From NCBI GenBank assembly GCA_028717565.1, contig JAQUNP010000002.1:90054-154053 (forward strand): DNA of 64,000 bases, written 5' to 3'. This document shows, in pieces, positions 17,070-27,448 of the stretch; position 1 is the first letter of the stretch, and every line of letters begins with the position of its first letter. The notes under the pieces are model-generated. The model was not told the origin of the DNA, did not search any database, and saw nothing but the letters and a program-made list of their open reading frames with translations. Position numbers and translations under genes: made by a program. The stretch comes from Patescibacteria group bacterium (GTDB taxonomy: Bacteria; Patescibacteriota; Kazan-3B-28).

Positions 17070-17097
17070 TTGACTTTTATTGGCTTTCGTGTATGAT
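17070..17097 (+). promoter_or_regulatory. Sigma70-like promoter with a ~110-nt 5' UTR for the RRM protein gene
   Basis: TTGACT-16nt-TATGAT. A second TTGACTGGGA lies 10 nt upstream. Confidence 0.5.
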
Positions 17098-17208
17098 GGC
17101 TCTCGTAAGTGTTTTCGATTTCTTTGCCTTCGAGGTTTAGACCTTAAGTAAGTGTAAAGAGAGAAAAGGTCGCTCTTACTCATATAGAAGATAAGGATTA
17201 AGGCAAAG

Positions 17209-17466
17209 ATGGAAAAGAAATTGTACGTCGGAAACCTTAGCTATGACACCACTACTGATAGCTTGAAAGAAGCTTTCTCTCAGGCTGGTACGGTGGAAGA
17301 TGCTATCGTAATCTCTGACAAGATGTCTGGCCGTTCCAAAGGATTTGGTTTTGTCACTATGGCAACAGAAGACGAAGCTAAAGCTGCCATTGAAATGTTC
17401 GATGGCAAAGAGCTTGATGGTCGCGAAATTCGCGTGAATGAAGCTCGCCCAATGGAACCTCGCTAA
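17209..17466 (+). CDS. RRM-type RNA-binding protein
   Basis: RNP2 KLYVGNLSY and RNP1 KGFGFVTM. 85 aa. Confidence 0.9.
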   Translation: MEKKLYVGNLSYDTTTDSLKEAFSQAGTVEDAIVISDKMSGRSKGFGFVTMATEDEAKAAIEMFDGKELDGREIRVNEARPMEPR

Positions 17467-17485
17467 ATTTTTTAGGAAACTAAAA

Positions 17486-17516
17486 GGACCCCCGAATTTA
17501 TTTTGGGGTTCTTTTA
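17486..17516 (+). terminator. Intrinsic terminator
   Basis: GGACCCC...GGGGTTC stem followed by TTTT. Confidence 0.6.
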
Positions 17517-17562
17517 GTATATAGTGAGGCCAGCTGTTCTTTTCGGCCAGGGAGGCCAAAGT

Positions 17563-17781
17563 ATGTGGGCGATTTGTGAGATTTCTGGATGTACCAATCC
17601 AGCCTCAGATTCTTGTCGAAACTGTGGGAAGACCTGCTGCGATGAGCATCTGTCGACGGAGGGGTTATGTAGCGCCTGTATGTTCGGGGAAGTCGAACTG
17701 GGTGTGAAAAAACCCTTAAGCGCCGGTACGCTCGGTGGCAAAGGTCTTGATCCTGCGGTAGTAATTGGTGGCGAACGTTAG
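17563..17781 (+). CDS. Small Cys-rich (zinc-ribbon-like) protein
   Basis: GGAGG RBS. CxxxxxxxxCxxC-x3-CC and CxxC spacing (CEISGCTNPASDSCRNCGKTCC...CSAC). Confidence 0.5.
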   Translation: MWAICEISGCTNPASDSCRNCGKTCCDEHLSTEGLCSACMFGEVELGVKKPLSAGTLGGKGLDPAVVIGGER

Positions 17782-17798
17782 TTCGCCCCTATTTATTT

Positions 17799-18404
17799 AT
17801 GTATGATGTCCGTATGGAAATAACAGACCAAGTCGTAGCTGCGCTAAGGCAGGGAGGGGTGGGGGTTTTGCCGAGTGATACTTTGTATGGGTTGATGGGG
17901 TTGGCCACTAGCCGACAGGCGGTGGAGCGAATCTATCGGTTGAAAGGTAGAGAGGCCACCCAACCATCGATTATTTTAATTGGTGATATAGCCGATCTGA
18001 CAATATTTGGCGTGGAGCTAGATACGGCTATGCGTGCAAAACTGGAGCGCTTGTGGCCAGCTCGGGTTAGCATAATATTGCCTGTGAAACACAATTTTGA
18101 CTATCTGGTACAAGGGCCTCTTAAAACCCATGCCTTTAGAATCCCGCCTCAACCGCAGCTGAGGGCTTTATTACAGCAGGTGGGACCGTTGGTGGCCCCA
18201 AGCGCCAACTTCTCCGGTCAACCCCCAGCCAAGGATATAGTGGAGGCCAAAGGGTACTTCGGTGATCAGGTGGATTTCTATGTTGACGGCGGTACCCTGG
18301 TGGGCGAACCATCGTCGGTGGTGTTGGTAGAGGCACTGGGGGGTATTACAATAAAAAGAGCGGGGGCGGACTTAGACAAGGTTAGGAAGATATTTATGAG
18401 CTAA
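17799..18404 (+). CDS. tsaC: L-threonylcarbamoyladenylate synthase (YrdC/TsaC family)
   Basis: YrdC-domain blocks LPSDTLYGL, IYRLKGRE, PSANFSG. Confidence 0.85.
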   Translation: MYDVRMEITDQVVAALRQGGVGVLPSDTLYGLMGLATSRQAVERIYRLKGREATQPSIILIGDIADLTIFGVELDTAMRAKLERLWPARVSIILPVKHNFDYLVQGPLKTHAFRIPPQPQLRALLQQVGPLVAPSANFSGQPPAKDIVEAKGYFGDQVDFYVDGGTLVGEPSSVVLVEALGGITIKRAGADLDKVRKIFMS

Positions 18405-18528
18405 TCGGCTCCTTGGTTTTTATATTTAATTGGTGTCCCAATATGACCGAGAAGTAGCACGGAGCCGACAAGGAGCGCTGTGATATGATGGGGTGGCTTA
18501 TATGAGCTTTTGAGGAGGGGCTTGGATT

Positions 18529-20007
18529 ATGCGACAAGCTTGGTACAGAAAGTATCGACCACAAACATTTAGCGAGCTAATTGGCCAAGAGCACATTAAA
18601 GTGACGCTTTTAAATCAGGTTAAAAGTGGGCAGGTGGCACATGCTTATTTGTTTGCAGGGCCAAAGGGTACTGGCAAAACGTCAGTGGCTAGAATTCTAG
18701 CCAAAAGTGTAAACTGCCTAGCTCCTACGTCCCAACATGAGGCCTGTGGGAGATGTGCTAATTGTGAAGCTTTGGCTAACAACACTTTTGTGGATTTGTT
18801 GGAGGTGGACGCCGCTTCGCACACCGGTGTAGACAATATTCGTGAGCTGACTTCGAAAGTAGAGTTGGCACCTAGTTTGGGCAAGTATAAGGTGTATGTT
18901 ATAGACGAAGCGCACATGTTATCAAAGGGCGCTTTTAACGCGTTGCTAAAAACCTTAGAAGAGCCACCAGAGCACGCTCTATTTATTTTGGCTACCACCG
19001 AGCCAAACAAGATACCCGCCACGATCATCTCTAGATGTCAGCGGTTTGATTTTCGGCACTTGAGTATTACGGACGTCACAGCTCGGCTGAAAGTGATCGC
19101 TGGGCATGAGGGGGTAGAGATAGATGATGAGGCGTTAGCGTTTTTGGCTGAGCAGGCCGGAGGAAGTTTGCGAGATGCGGAGAGTTTGTTGGAGCAGGTG
19201 GCTTCGGTTGGTTCAAAAATGGGCAAAGCAGATTTGAGCCGTTGGCTGGGGTTTGTGGATTGGTCGGCAGTGGTCGAGCTAACGGAATCACTGGTGGGAG
19301 CTCACACAGATGCAGTGCTGGCGCGTATCAATCAAATTTATCAGGATGGTTATGACCTTTATCGGCTGGCGGAGATGTGGGCGCGGGTTGTGCGCCAAAT
19401 TTTGGCGATAAAGGTGGGTGCCCAGATAGTGGTTAGTGAGGCGGAGGCAAAAAAACTACAAAATTTGGCTGATAAGCTTCAACTTAACGATCTGGTGTGG
19501 TTGGCTGAGGAGGTAATGGATTTGCCGGTGATGATAAAGCAGGCGGTGTTGCCTCAAATGCCGTTTGAGCTTTTGGCAGTCAGAGCGGCCAATCGCTTCG
19601 GGCATCATCACGATCACGACACTAATGTGCCCCCAGCTCCGGCTGAAGAGTCGGTAGACGACCAAGTTGAGGAGGTGGCCTCGGTGTCTAGCCAGCCGAT
19701 GGCTAGCGCGGTTTTTGATCGCGAGGCCTGGATTAGCGTAGTTGATGAGATCTCTTTGGCCAGTCCGACTATCGGGGCGGCATTGGCAAGAGCAGATGTA
19801 GAGCTGGATGGCGAAGTATTGCGGTTGAAGTTTTCTTTGCCTTTTTACAAAACTGCTTTTGAGCAAAATGGTTATGCTCACCAATTGAGAGATGTTTTAG
19901 TCGGGCGTGGGTTGGAGTGTAAAATAGAATGTGTAGTCGATAGCCGATCGCGGGGGGACGAACAGACCGGGCTTGAGCTGGATGAGGTGAGCAAGGTGTT
20001 TAACTAA
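18529..20007 (+). CDS. dnaX: DNA polymerase III gamma/tau subunit
   Basis: AAA+ clamp-loader motifs GPKGTGKTS, VYVIDEAHML, SRCQRF, and a Zn module CGRCANC. Confidence 0.92.
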   Translation: MRQAWYRKYRPQTFSELIGQEHIKVTLLNQVKSGQVAHAYLFAGPKGTGKTSVARILAKSVNCLAPTSQHEACGRCANCEALANNTFVDLLEVDAASHTGVDNIRELTSKVELAPSLGKYKVYVIDEAHMLSKGAFNALLKTLEEPPEHALFILATTEPNKIPATIISRCQRFDFRHLSITDVTARLKVIAGHEGVEIDDEALAFLAEQAGGSLRDAESLLEQVASVGSKMGKADLSRWLGFVDWSAVVELTESLVGAHTDAVLARINQIYQDGYDLYRLAEMWARVVRQILAIKVGAQIVVSEAEAKKLQNLADKLQLNDLVWLAEEVMDLPVMIKQAVLPQMPFELLAVRAANRFGHHHDHDTNVPPAPAEESVDDQVEEVASVSSQPMASAVFDREAWISVVDEISLASPTIGAALARADVELDGEVLRLKFSLPFYKTAFEQNGYAHQLRDVLVGRGLECKIECVVDSRSRGDEQTGLELDEVSKVFN

Positions 20008-20013
20008 AAGAAG

Positions 20014-21420
20014 ATGGCCGAACTTATGCCCCCGCAAAATTTGGACGCCGAGATCTCCTTACTAGGAGCTTGTTTGTTGGATAAGGACGTGGTTGGGAAA
20101 GTGGCTGATCGGATTCGTCCGGAAGATTTTTACGATGAATATAACGGTCTAGTGTACGCGGCGATTAGTGATTTGTATGAAAACCACCGACCGATTGATG
20201 TAGTGACGGTGACCGATGTTTTGAACTCGAAGGGCCAGTTGAAACAAATTGGTGGAGCTAGCAAGATTGCAGCTTTGACGGCAGGGACGCCCAGTCCAGC
20301 GCATGCTACGCAGTATGCTGAGATAATTGCCAATAATGCCACTTTGCGTCGTTTGATTGCGGCTTCTAGTCAGATTGGTGAGTTGGCTTTGAAAAAAGAT
20401 ATCAAGCTGGATGAAACCTTGGATAAGGCCGAACAACTGCTGTTTAATGTTTCACGCAAACACATGGGTTCGAGTTTTGTGGAGGTCAAAGATGTACTGA
20501 CTGACGCTTTCGAGCGCATTGACTCGCTACATGAGAACCGTGGTTCTTTGCGCGGGATCCCAACTGGTTTCAGAGATTTGGACAGGTTACTCTCCGGTCT
20601 GCAGAAGTCCGATCTCATTATTGTGGCCGCGCGTCCTAGTATTGGTAAAACGTCATTTGCTCTAAACGTTGCCTTGAATGCTGCTCTACATCAGCACTAT
20701 CATGTGGGAATCTTCAGCTTAGAGATGTCCAACGATCAGTTGATTGACAGGTTTTTGTCAGCGCAGAGTGGTATTGACTCATGGAAACTTAGGACGGGCA
20801 ATTTAGCTAAGGAAGATTTCGAATTGCTGTCCGAAGCGATGGGAGAGCTCAGCCAAGCACCGATTCACATTGACGATTCAGCTTTCGTTAATGTCATGGA
20901 GATTCGGACCAAGGCGCGTCGTCTAAAATCTGAAAAAGGCCTAGATCTTTTGATAGTAGATCATATTCAGCTTATGGAAGGTGCGGCTGGGCATTACCAA
21001 GAGAGTCGGGTGCAAGAAATGTCTTTGATATCCCGTTCGCTCAAGGCGTTGGCTAAAGAGTTAGAGATTCCGGTGATGGCTGTATCACAGTTGAGCCGTC
21101 AGGTAGAGCAACGACCACGAAAAATCCCGCAGTTGTCCGACTTGCGAGAATCTGGCTCTATTGAACAAGACGCTGACGTGGTGATGTTTTTATACAGAGA
21201 CGATTATTACAACCCTGACACGGAACGCAAGAACATTGCTGATGTTTTAATTGCTAAGCATAGAAATGGTCCCGTGGGACGTGTGGAGCTATATTTTGAT
21301 GCTCAGCGCATGACTTTTAGAGATTTAGAGCGTGAGCGCCAGGAAGAGCCAGCGCCATTGCCGCCACTGGAACCAGCGACCGAGATGCTCCAGCCGGAAC
21401 CAGAGTTGGTAGTCGAATAA
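20014..21420 (+). CDS. dnaB: Replicative DNA helicase
   Basis: DnaB N-terminus (PPQNLDAEISLLGA). Walker A ARPSIGKTSFALN. Walker B LLIVDHIQLM. RecA-like C-terminus. Confidence 0.95.
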   Translation: MAELMPPQNLDAEISLLGACLLDKDVVGKVADRIRPEDFYDEYNGLVYAAISDLYENHRPIDVVTVTDVLNSKGQLKQIGGASKIAALTAGTPSPAHATQYAEIIANNATLRRLIAASSQIGELALKKDIKLDETLDKAEQLLFNVSRKHMGSSFVEVKDVLTDAFERIDSLHENRGSLRGIPTGFRDLDRLLSGLQKSDLIIVAARPSIGKTSFALNVALNAALHQHYHVGIFSLEMSNDQLIDRFLSAQSGIDSWKLRTGNLAKEDFELLSEAMGELSQAPIHIDDSAFVNVMEIRTKARRLKSEKGLDLLIVDHIQLMEGAAGHYQESRVQEMSLISRSLKALAKELEIPVMAVSQLSRQVEQRPRKIPQLSDLRESGSIEQDADVVMFLYRDDYYNPDTERKNIADVLIAKHRNGPVGRVELYFDAQRMTFRDLERERQEEPAPLPPLEPATEMLQPEPELVVE

Positions 21421-21450
21421 GGGGGTGGGTTTTTAAGGTATACTGGACTC

Positions 21451-22743
21451 ATGAGATACATTTTCCGGCCAGCCTTGGATTTTTTGCGCTGGGATTTGCG
21501 CGCGACCCTAGCGGTGATTTTAGCGTTAGCGGTTTTAGTGGGATGGTCGTTGGCACAAACTCCTCTGTATGTGTTTGATTTTGGTACAGCGTCAGGCAGC
21601 GAACTGGCTAGTGGCGCGATACACGTGAAAGGGGCGCTAACTACTTATCCGACTGTAGGCGTTAAATTAACTTATGGTTGGCAAACAACTGCCGTGCAGG
21701 AATTTAGCAATAAAAATGTTTCCGATCTTTTGAACCGTGATTATAACGGCAGCTCGGGCGCAAATCAGTTCAAGATTAGCGGGCTAGAGGCGGGGGTCTA
21801 TGACGTAAAGTTTGTAGTTGGCGATCCGGCCAACAAGCTGGCTACCCGAATTCAACTGGGAGCTCAGGCGGTAGATGTGGTGGCGGATAAAAAGATCCGC
21901 TCGGTGGTTTTAACCCACGAGGTAAAGAGTGGTGATATGTCGATAGGTTTTTCTAGTGCAGACGGTGCGACCAACTGGGGGGTTAATGCTATCTCGATCA
22001 CTCCTGATACTGGCGGAGCGCCACAGCCAAGTTTCAAAATGTCGTTAACACCAGCTACCCAAACCATAAAAGCCGGTGGAGTGGCCGCCTACATGGTTGG
22101 TTTAACACCAATCGACAATTATGCTGCCAAAGTGAATTTATCGATTTCTGGTCTGGTGTCAGGCATTGCTGCGGAATTTGTACCAGCCCAGATTACGGCG
22201 GCGGGTAGTAGCGAATTGCGACTGAAGACCAGTGGCGGGACGGCGCCTACTACATATGAGTTTTTAGTTACAGCTACGGGTGCGGATGATGCGAATGTTG
22301 TACAAAACGGGATAGTCAAACTGATTGTTCGGAGCGGAGGCACGAGTTTGCCGGTAGACGGTGAGGATGTGATTGACGATAGTACGACCTTGCCAGACGA
22401 AGACGAGATCGAGGCATCCATACCTAGCCGAACCGAGGCCGAGGTAAAGCAAGATTTTGCGCAGGTGGATGAGTTTGTCGAGGAGTATCAGGAGAAAGTT
22501 ATTGCCCAGAAGAAAGATATTAAGTTTATTGAAGGTATCAGCGCCGAGCTTTACGGTGTGCCGATATTGCCGGAGCTGCCTGCAGCTAAAACTCCGTTTG
22601 AAACGGCCTTGCAGAATTTGGTGCAGTCGGGGCTGATTCAATCCACTATCGACAACGCGCCACCAGCGCCAACAGAGCCCACTTATGATCAGGAAAGTTG
22701 GTGGCAAAGATTCAAAAAGACCCTCTTCCCCCCAGCGTTTTAA
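21451..22743 (+). CDS. Hypothetical secreted or anchored protein
   Basis: N-terminal TM or signal (LAVILALAVLVGWSLA). Beta-rich middle and acidic C-terminal part. No family recognised. Confidence 0.6.
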   Translation: MRYIFRPALDFLRWDLRATLAVILALAVLVGWSLAQTPLYVFDFGTASGSELASGAIHVKGALTTYPTVGVKLTYGWQTTAVQEFSNKNVSDLLNRDYNGSSGANQFKISGLEAGVYDVKFVVGDPANKLATRIQLGAQAVDVVADKKIRSVVLTHEVKSGDMSIGFSSADGATNWGVNAISITPDTGGAPQPSFKMSLTPATQTIKAGGVAAYMVGLTPIDNYAAKVNLSISGLVSGIAAEFVPAQITAAGSSELRLKTSGGTAPTTYEFLVTATGADDANVVQNGIVKLIVRSGGTSLPVDGEDVIDDSTTLPDEDEIEASIPSRTEAEVKQDFAQVDEFVEEYQEKVIAQKKDIKFIEGISAELYGVPILPELPAAKTPFETALQNLVQSGLIQSTIDNAPPAPTEPTYDQESWWQRFKKTLFPPAF

Positions 22744-22757
22744 GGTATAATTGGGAT

Positions 22758-22946
22758 ATGAGCATTTTGAGCAGAGAATTTGTAGCCGCCTTCAAGGCCG
22801 AAGCTCGTCGTCAGGAGAATTTTACGAATTCGTTTTGGCGTCAGTTGGCGGTGATTTTGGTATCAATTGCCATTATTAATATTGTTGGTCCGTGGATTAT
22901 TTTTTACGGAACTAATATCACGGCCCAGATTTCGCTGATAGGTTGA
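22758..22946 (+). CDS. Small single-TM protein
   Basis: The ATG lies 6 nt after a TATAAT box. Contains a TM helix LAVILVSIAIINIVGPWIIFY. Confidence 0.45.
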   Translation: MSILSREFVAAFKAEARRQENFTNSFWRQLAVILVSIAIINIVGPWIIFYGTNITAQISLIG

Positions 22947-23034
22947 GGTGATTTTTAAAAATCTGTACCTCTCGAAAGAGAAGGCGGGGTGGTTTTGATA
23001 GTGAGATATTAGTTAATTTATTTTTTAAAAAGAT

Positions 23035-23784
23035 ATGTCGAAACGTTCACGAGAAAGAAAGTTACGAGCTATAGCCGAAAAGCAGGTCTGGCAAAAAGAA
23101 ATTAGAGAGCGTGAGTTAGCACGCACGGCGCCCATGAGAAGTTGGATAAAGCGGATTTCGCTAACTTTGGTTGGTACATTGGTAATTGTGATGGCGCTTT
23201 TGGGTAGTGTATCTGGTATAAAATATTTGGTTTCGGGTCAAATGAATCGGGTAGCGGGTCCTTTTGGCGAGATTAGCAAAGAAGAGTTGGCGGCTAGCCA
23301 GAGCTTAACTTTAAAGACCAGCGAGGGAGATATTACAGTTGAGCTAGATACTCAGCACACGCCGAAGACGGCGGCTAACTTTGTGCTTTTAGCCAAGCAA
23401 GGTTTTTATAATGGCGTTAAATTTCATCGTGTGATTGAAAACTTTATGATCCAAAGCGGTGACCCCAATTCCAAGGATGATGACCCTTCGGATGATGGAA
23501 CTGGTGGGCCGGGCTACACATTCAGCGATGAGGCCATTACTGGTGAATATACCCGTGGCACCTTGGCTATGGCGAATAGTGGTGCCAATACTAACGGTAG
23601 CCAGTTTTTCATTATGCAGGCCGACTATGATTTGCCGAAAAACTATGTCATCTTCGGTCATGTGACAGAGGGGTTGGACGTGGTGGATAAAATCGCGACT
23701 ACACCCGTGGAGAATAATGGCCAAGGTGAAGAGAGCCGACCGTTGAAAGATATAATAGTAGAGTCAGTGGTTATTAATTCATAA
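23035..23784 (+). CDS. Membrane-anchored cyclophilin-type peptidyl-prolyl isomerase
   Basis: N-terminal TM. Cyclophilin blocks FHRVIENFMIQSGDP, GTLAMANSGANTNGSQFFI. Confidence 0.9.
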   Translation: MSKRSRERKLRAIAEKQVWQKEIRERELARTAPMRSWIKRISLTLVGTLVIVMALLGSVSGIKYLVSGQMNRVAGPFGEISKEELAASQSLTLKTSEGDITVELDTQHTPKTAANFVLLAKQGFYNGVKFHRVIENFMIQSGDPNSKDDDPSDDGTGGPGYTFSDEAITGEYTRGTLAMANSGANTNGSQFFIMQADYDLPKNYVIFGHVTEGLDVVDKIATTPVENNGQGEESRPLKDIIVESVVINS

Positions 23785-23843
23785 GGTTTACCCCTTAAGG
23801 CAGATTCGGGGTCGCCGATGACTTGTAAAAGAAAGGAAAGGCG

Positions 23844-24140
23844 ATGTTAGATAAGGCAAAAAAAATGTGGCAAATGCAGGCCAAGGCCAAAGCTATCCAA
23901 CGCGAACTGAAGGACATGCGGTTTGAGGGTGTGGAGCTGGGTGGACGGATCAAGGTGGTAGTAAATGGTGAGCAAAAAGTGGAAAGTATCGAAATAGATG
24001 AGGAGCTGTTTACACCTAGCGAAAAAGACAGTGTGGAACGCTTTTTGAAACAAGCCATGGCATCAGCCGTTTCCAAATCTCAACAAGCTGCGGCCAACAA
24101 GATGAAGGCGGTCGCCAAGGATCTGGGCCTAGGTATTTAA
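23844..24140 (+). CDS. ybaB: YbaB/EbfC nucleoid-associated protein
   Basis: 98 aa. Pattern QMQAKAKAIQRELKD...GGRIKVVVNGEQKVESIEID. Lies immediately upstream of recR, as is usual. Confidence 0.8.
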   Translation: MLDKAKKMWQMQAKAKAIQRELKDMRFEGVELGGRIKVVVNGEQKVESIEIDEELFTPSEKDSVERFLKQAMASAVSKSQQAAANKMKAVAKDLGLGI

Positions 24141-24151
24141 ATTTCTAGGAT

Positions 24152-24763
24152 ATGCATAAACTACCGAAGTCGATAGACAAGCTGATTGTGCAGCTAAGTC
24201 AGTTGCCAGGGGTGGGGCCCAAAACGGCCTCGCGTTTGGTTTTTTATTTAATCAGAAACTCCAATATTGATACAAAGAGTTTAGGTGAAGCGTTCACGAA
24301 TCTAAAAAATGATTTGCAGTACTGTGAGACCTGTCACAATATTACTGACCAAGCTGTCTGTGACATCTGTAGCGATAAAAGTCGTGACGGCTCGTTGATA
24401 TGTGTGGTGGAAGAACCGTTAGATGTCATCGCCCTAGAAAAGGCGGGATACACGGGTCGTTATCACGTGTTGGGTGGACAGATTTCACCATTGAACGGGA
24501 TTGGGCCCAAAGATTTGCATTTTGAAGATCTGCTGATGCGGTTGCAGGGCTCGTCTGAGGTCAAGGAGCTAATTATTGCCACTAATCCCAATGTAGAGGG
24601 CGAAGCCACAGCGGCCTATCTGATGCGGTTACTGGACGGTCTAGATATTAAGATTAGCCGAATTGCCCGGGGTCTGCCGATGGGTGGGGACTTAGAATAT
24701 GCCGATGAACTGACTCTCAGTCGAGCGCTGGAGGGTAGGAACGAAGTGGCGAAAATGAGATGA
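24152..24763 (+). CDS. recR: Recombination protein RecR
   Basis: HhH (LPGVGPKTASRL), C4 zinc finger (CETCHN...CDIC) and Toprim block. Confidence 0.93.
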   Translation: MHKLPKSIDKLIVQLSQLPGVGPKTASRLVFYLIRNSNIDTKSLGEAFTNLKNDLQYCETCHNITDQAVCDICSDKSRDGSLICVVEEPLDVIALEKAGYTGRYHVLGGQISPLNGIGPKDLHFEDLLMRLQGSSEVKELIIATNPNVEGEATAAYLMRLLDGLDIKISRIARGLPMGGDLEYADELTLSRALEGRNEVAKMR

Positions 24764-24773
24764 TAAAAGGGAT

Positions 24774-25691
24774 ATGGCGAAAAAGATAAACAAGCTTCAC
24801 TTCGTTTTCCAGGTACTCTTTGTTATATTCATTTGGTCAGCCGCTCGGATTATCATGAAGATGGGTCTAGAGATTATTCCGCCATACATTTTTGTGGCGG
24901 CGATTCAGCTGGTTGCGTTTTTGTCGGTATGGATTTATTTCTGGTTCAAACGAAAAAAAGACACCTTCAAACTAACTAGACAGGAAATCTATCTGCTAAT
25001 TATTAGCGGGGCGGTGGGCTACGGAGCAGCGAATCTGTTTGCTATTATTGGTCTGCAGTATGTCACTGGTGCGACGGCTGGTTTGCTGTCTGGGACAGGA
25101 GCTGTCTTTGCCTTTGTGATGGCTTATATTGTGCTTAAGGAAAAGCCGAATTTTTGGAAGTATTTAGGGATGCTGATTATGGTCTTGGGCATTTATATAT
25201 TTTTTGCCGGCAACTTTCTATCGGGTACCCTGTTTGGTATTGCGTTGCTTTTAATCGCGGAGGCGGGTTATGCTTTCAATGATGTGTTGACGCGGCTGAT
25301 TGGGCGGGAACCGGGAGATGACGATTTGTTTATTACACTGATTAGCAATGGGGTAGGTGCAGCCATTTTGTTGCCCATCGGGCTGGTGGTAGATGGAGCG
25401 CCAGCGGTATTATTTAGTTGGCCAATGCTGGGGATTATTGTTTTGTTGGGGCTAATTTTTGGCTTCGGGCGCCTCTTGTATGCCGGAGCGTTGGAACAAC
25501 TGCGGGTTTTGGAAGTGCGAGCCATTGGCAACACCATGGTGATCCAGGTGGCCATTTTGTCGGTCATCTTTTTGCACGAGGTTCTAACGGCTGGCAATGT
25601 TTGGGGCGGTTTGTTGGTGGTGCTGGGAGCATTTGCGGTCAATGGTGACATGTTTTTACCGCGGAGATGGCTTAATTTAAAAATCGCATGA
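24774..25691 (+). CDS. EamA/DMT-family transporter
   Basis: 10 TM helices in two EamA-like halves. Confidence 0.8.
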   Translation: MAKKINKLHFVFQVLFVIFIWSAARIIMKMGLEIIPPYIFVAAIQLVAFLSVWIYFWFKRKKDTFKLTRQEIYLLIISGAVGYGAANLFAIIGLQYVTGATAGLLSGTGAVFAFVMAYIVLKEKPNFWKYLGMLIMVLGIYIFFAGNFLSGTLFGIALLLIAEAGYAFNDVLTRLIGREPGDDDLFITLISNGVGAAILLPIGLVVDGAPAVLFSWPMLGIIVLLGLIFGFGRLLYAGALEQLRVLEVRAIGNTMVIQVAILSVIFLHEVLTAGNVWGGLLVVLGAFAVNGDMFLPRRWLNLKIA

Positions 25692-27037
25692 GAGTTTTTA
25701 ATACATTAACTCGTAAAAAGGAAACTATTAAGCCAATCAAAAAGGGTCAGATTTCGATGTATGCTTGTGGCCCGACGGTTTATCAGTCGGCGCATATTGG
25801 CAACCTCAAAACTTATTTGGTGGAGGATTTGCTAAAACGAGCTCTCCAATTTGAGGGCTATAAGGTGAAACACATTATGAATATTACCGATGTTGGTCAT
25901 CTCACTTCCGATGCCGATAGCGGTGAGGACAAGGTGGAAAAAGAGGCCAAACGTCAACGCAAAACTGCTAAGCAGATTACCAAGTTTTACGCAGATGAGT
26001 TTAAGCGGGATTTAAAAAAGCTAAATATTTTGCCGCCAAATAAATTTGCCTGGGCCAGCCAATATATTAAGTCGCAGATAGATTTGATAAAAAAACTCGA
26101 GAAAAAGGGCTATACCTATCGCACGGCTGACGGTATTTATTTTGATACAAGTAAGTTCAAAAAGTACGGCGCTTTGGGGCGGCAAACTACTGGTAAATCG
26201 AGGGTGACCCATGACAAATCCAAGAAGCGGGATGCCGATTTCGCTCTCTGGAAATTTTCGGGTAGTGCCAAAAGACAGCAGGAGTGGCCTAGTCCGTGGG
26301 GTGTGGGCTTTCCGGGTTGGCACATTGAATGTTCAGCGATCTCAACCAAAGAGCTAGGTCAGCCGTTTGATATTCATTTAGGTGGCGAAGATCATATTTT
26401 AGTGCATCACAACAACGAGATTGCACAAAGTGAGGCCGCTTGTGGTAAGCCGTTAGCGCATTACTGGGTACACAGTGCCTTTATGCTCTTGGGTAAAGAC
26501 AAGATGAGCAAAAGCAAAGGCAACTTCATTACTCTAAGTGAATTAGAAAAACGGGGCTGGGACCCAATGGTATTTAGATATTTGGTGATATCGAGTCAGT
26601 ATCGGTCTAAACTTAATTTTTCTGAAACTGCATTGGTATCAGCGCGTAACTCACTCAATAAGATTTACAATTTGTTTGCAGCAAGAAAGACGGGTGGGCG
26701 TGTGTGCAAAAAAAGAACCCGCGCATTTCTGGCGGCACTGCAAGACGATTTGAATATGCCGGCCGCTTTCGAGGTGGTGTGGGAGCTTATCAAAACTGAT
26801 AAAAAGTCACTCGCTGATAAGCAGGCGACTTTGCTGCATTGGGACAAGGTTTTGGGACTGGGCTTAAAGGACTATAAGTTGGTTATTCCGGCCAAGGTCA
26901 AGGAGTTAGTAAAAAAGCGGGAAGTTACGCGCAAGAAGAAAAATTGGTCTATGTCCGATAAGCTGCGGGGTGAAATCCAGAAACAAGGGTTTGATATAAA
27001 AGACACCCCAAGCGGGGCTAAGCTGATAAAACTATGA
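25688..27037 (+). CDS. cysS: Cysteine--tRNA ligase
   Basis: YACGPTVYQSAHIGNL (HIGH) and KMSKSKGN (KMSKS). ATGA coupling at both ends. Confidence 0.95.
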   Translation: MRVFNTLTRKKETIKPIKKGQISMYACGPTVYQSAHIGNLKTYLVEDLLKRALQFEGYKVKHIMNITDVGHLTSDADSGEDKVEKEAKRQRKTAKQITKFYADEFKRDLKKLNILPPNKFAWASQYIKSQIDLIKKLEKKGYTYRTADGIYFDTSKFKKYGALGRQTTGKSRVTHDKSKKRDADFALWKFSGSAKRQQEWPSPWGVGFPGWHIECSAISTKELGQPFDIHLGGEDHILVHHNNEIAQSEAACGKPLAHYWVHSAFMLLGKDKMSKSKGNFITLSELEKRGWDPMVFRYLVISSQYRSKLNFSETALVSARNSLNKIYNLFAARKTGGRVCKKRTRAFLAALQDDLNMPAAFEVVWELIKTDKKSLADKQATLLHWDKVLGLGLKDYKLVIPAKVKELVKKREVTRKKKNWSMSDKLRGEIQKQGFDIKDTPSGAKLIKL

Positions 27038-27435
27038 CGTGTAAATATTGCTATGTAGGTTATTGGATCGCAACTATTCTAGCGCTAGGTGCCTTTGTAT
27101 TTTGTATGACTTTAACCGAGGGATTGGGTTGGGAACTTTCGAGCTACTGCTGGTTGCTCAAAGGCATGATGCTCTCTATTGGTTTGGTGTTGGCAACTGG
27201 TTTATGGCAAATGGAAAAGCGAGCTCATTATATTGCCGCTTGGGTGCTGTCTTTAGTAGGGTTGGGAATCGCGATCTGGCAACTGGCTACGCCGGACTTA
27301 GTATGTACTCAAGCATGCGGCCGAGCACTTTTTGCCTTGGGCAATTTTGGTGTTACACCAATAGTCATGGCAACCACACTTTTTGCTGTGTTGTTTATCA
27401 TGACCAGCATGATGATATTGCGTAATCGCAAATAA
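27034..27435 (+). CDS. 4-TM Cys-containing membrane protein (possible DsbB/VKOR-like thiol oxidoreductase)
   Basis: Four TM helices. CxxC at residues 3-6 and CTQAC in the TM3-TM4 loop. Family assignment is tentative. Confidence 0.5.
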   Translation: MTCKYCYVGYWIATILALGAFVFCMTLTEGLGWELSSYCWLLKGMMLSIGLVLATGLWQMEKRAHYIAAWVLSLVGLGIAIWQLATPDLVCTQACGRALFALGNFGVTPIVMATTLFAVLFIMTSMMILRNRK

Positions 27436-27448
27436 GAGGTTGGGTATA

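Noticed and set aside
18212-18232. Additional att-like copies of the tRNA 3' end (CCCCAGCCAAG at 18.2 kb and GCCCCAGCCA at 41.24 kb)
   Set aside because: These are only 10-11 nt matches. They lie inside conserved coding sequence (tsaC and the gyrA tail), where Pro/Ala/Lys codons generate the string. They are judged to be chance matches.
27048-27425. 125-aa ORF on the same strand but in a different frame, fully overlapping the 4-TM protein gene
   Set aside because: Frame A gives four clean TM helices and ATGA coupling to cysS. Frame B has no features. An overlapping-gene interpretation is not supported.
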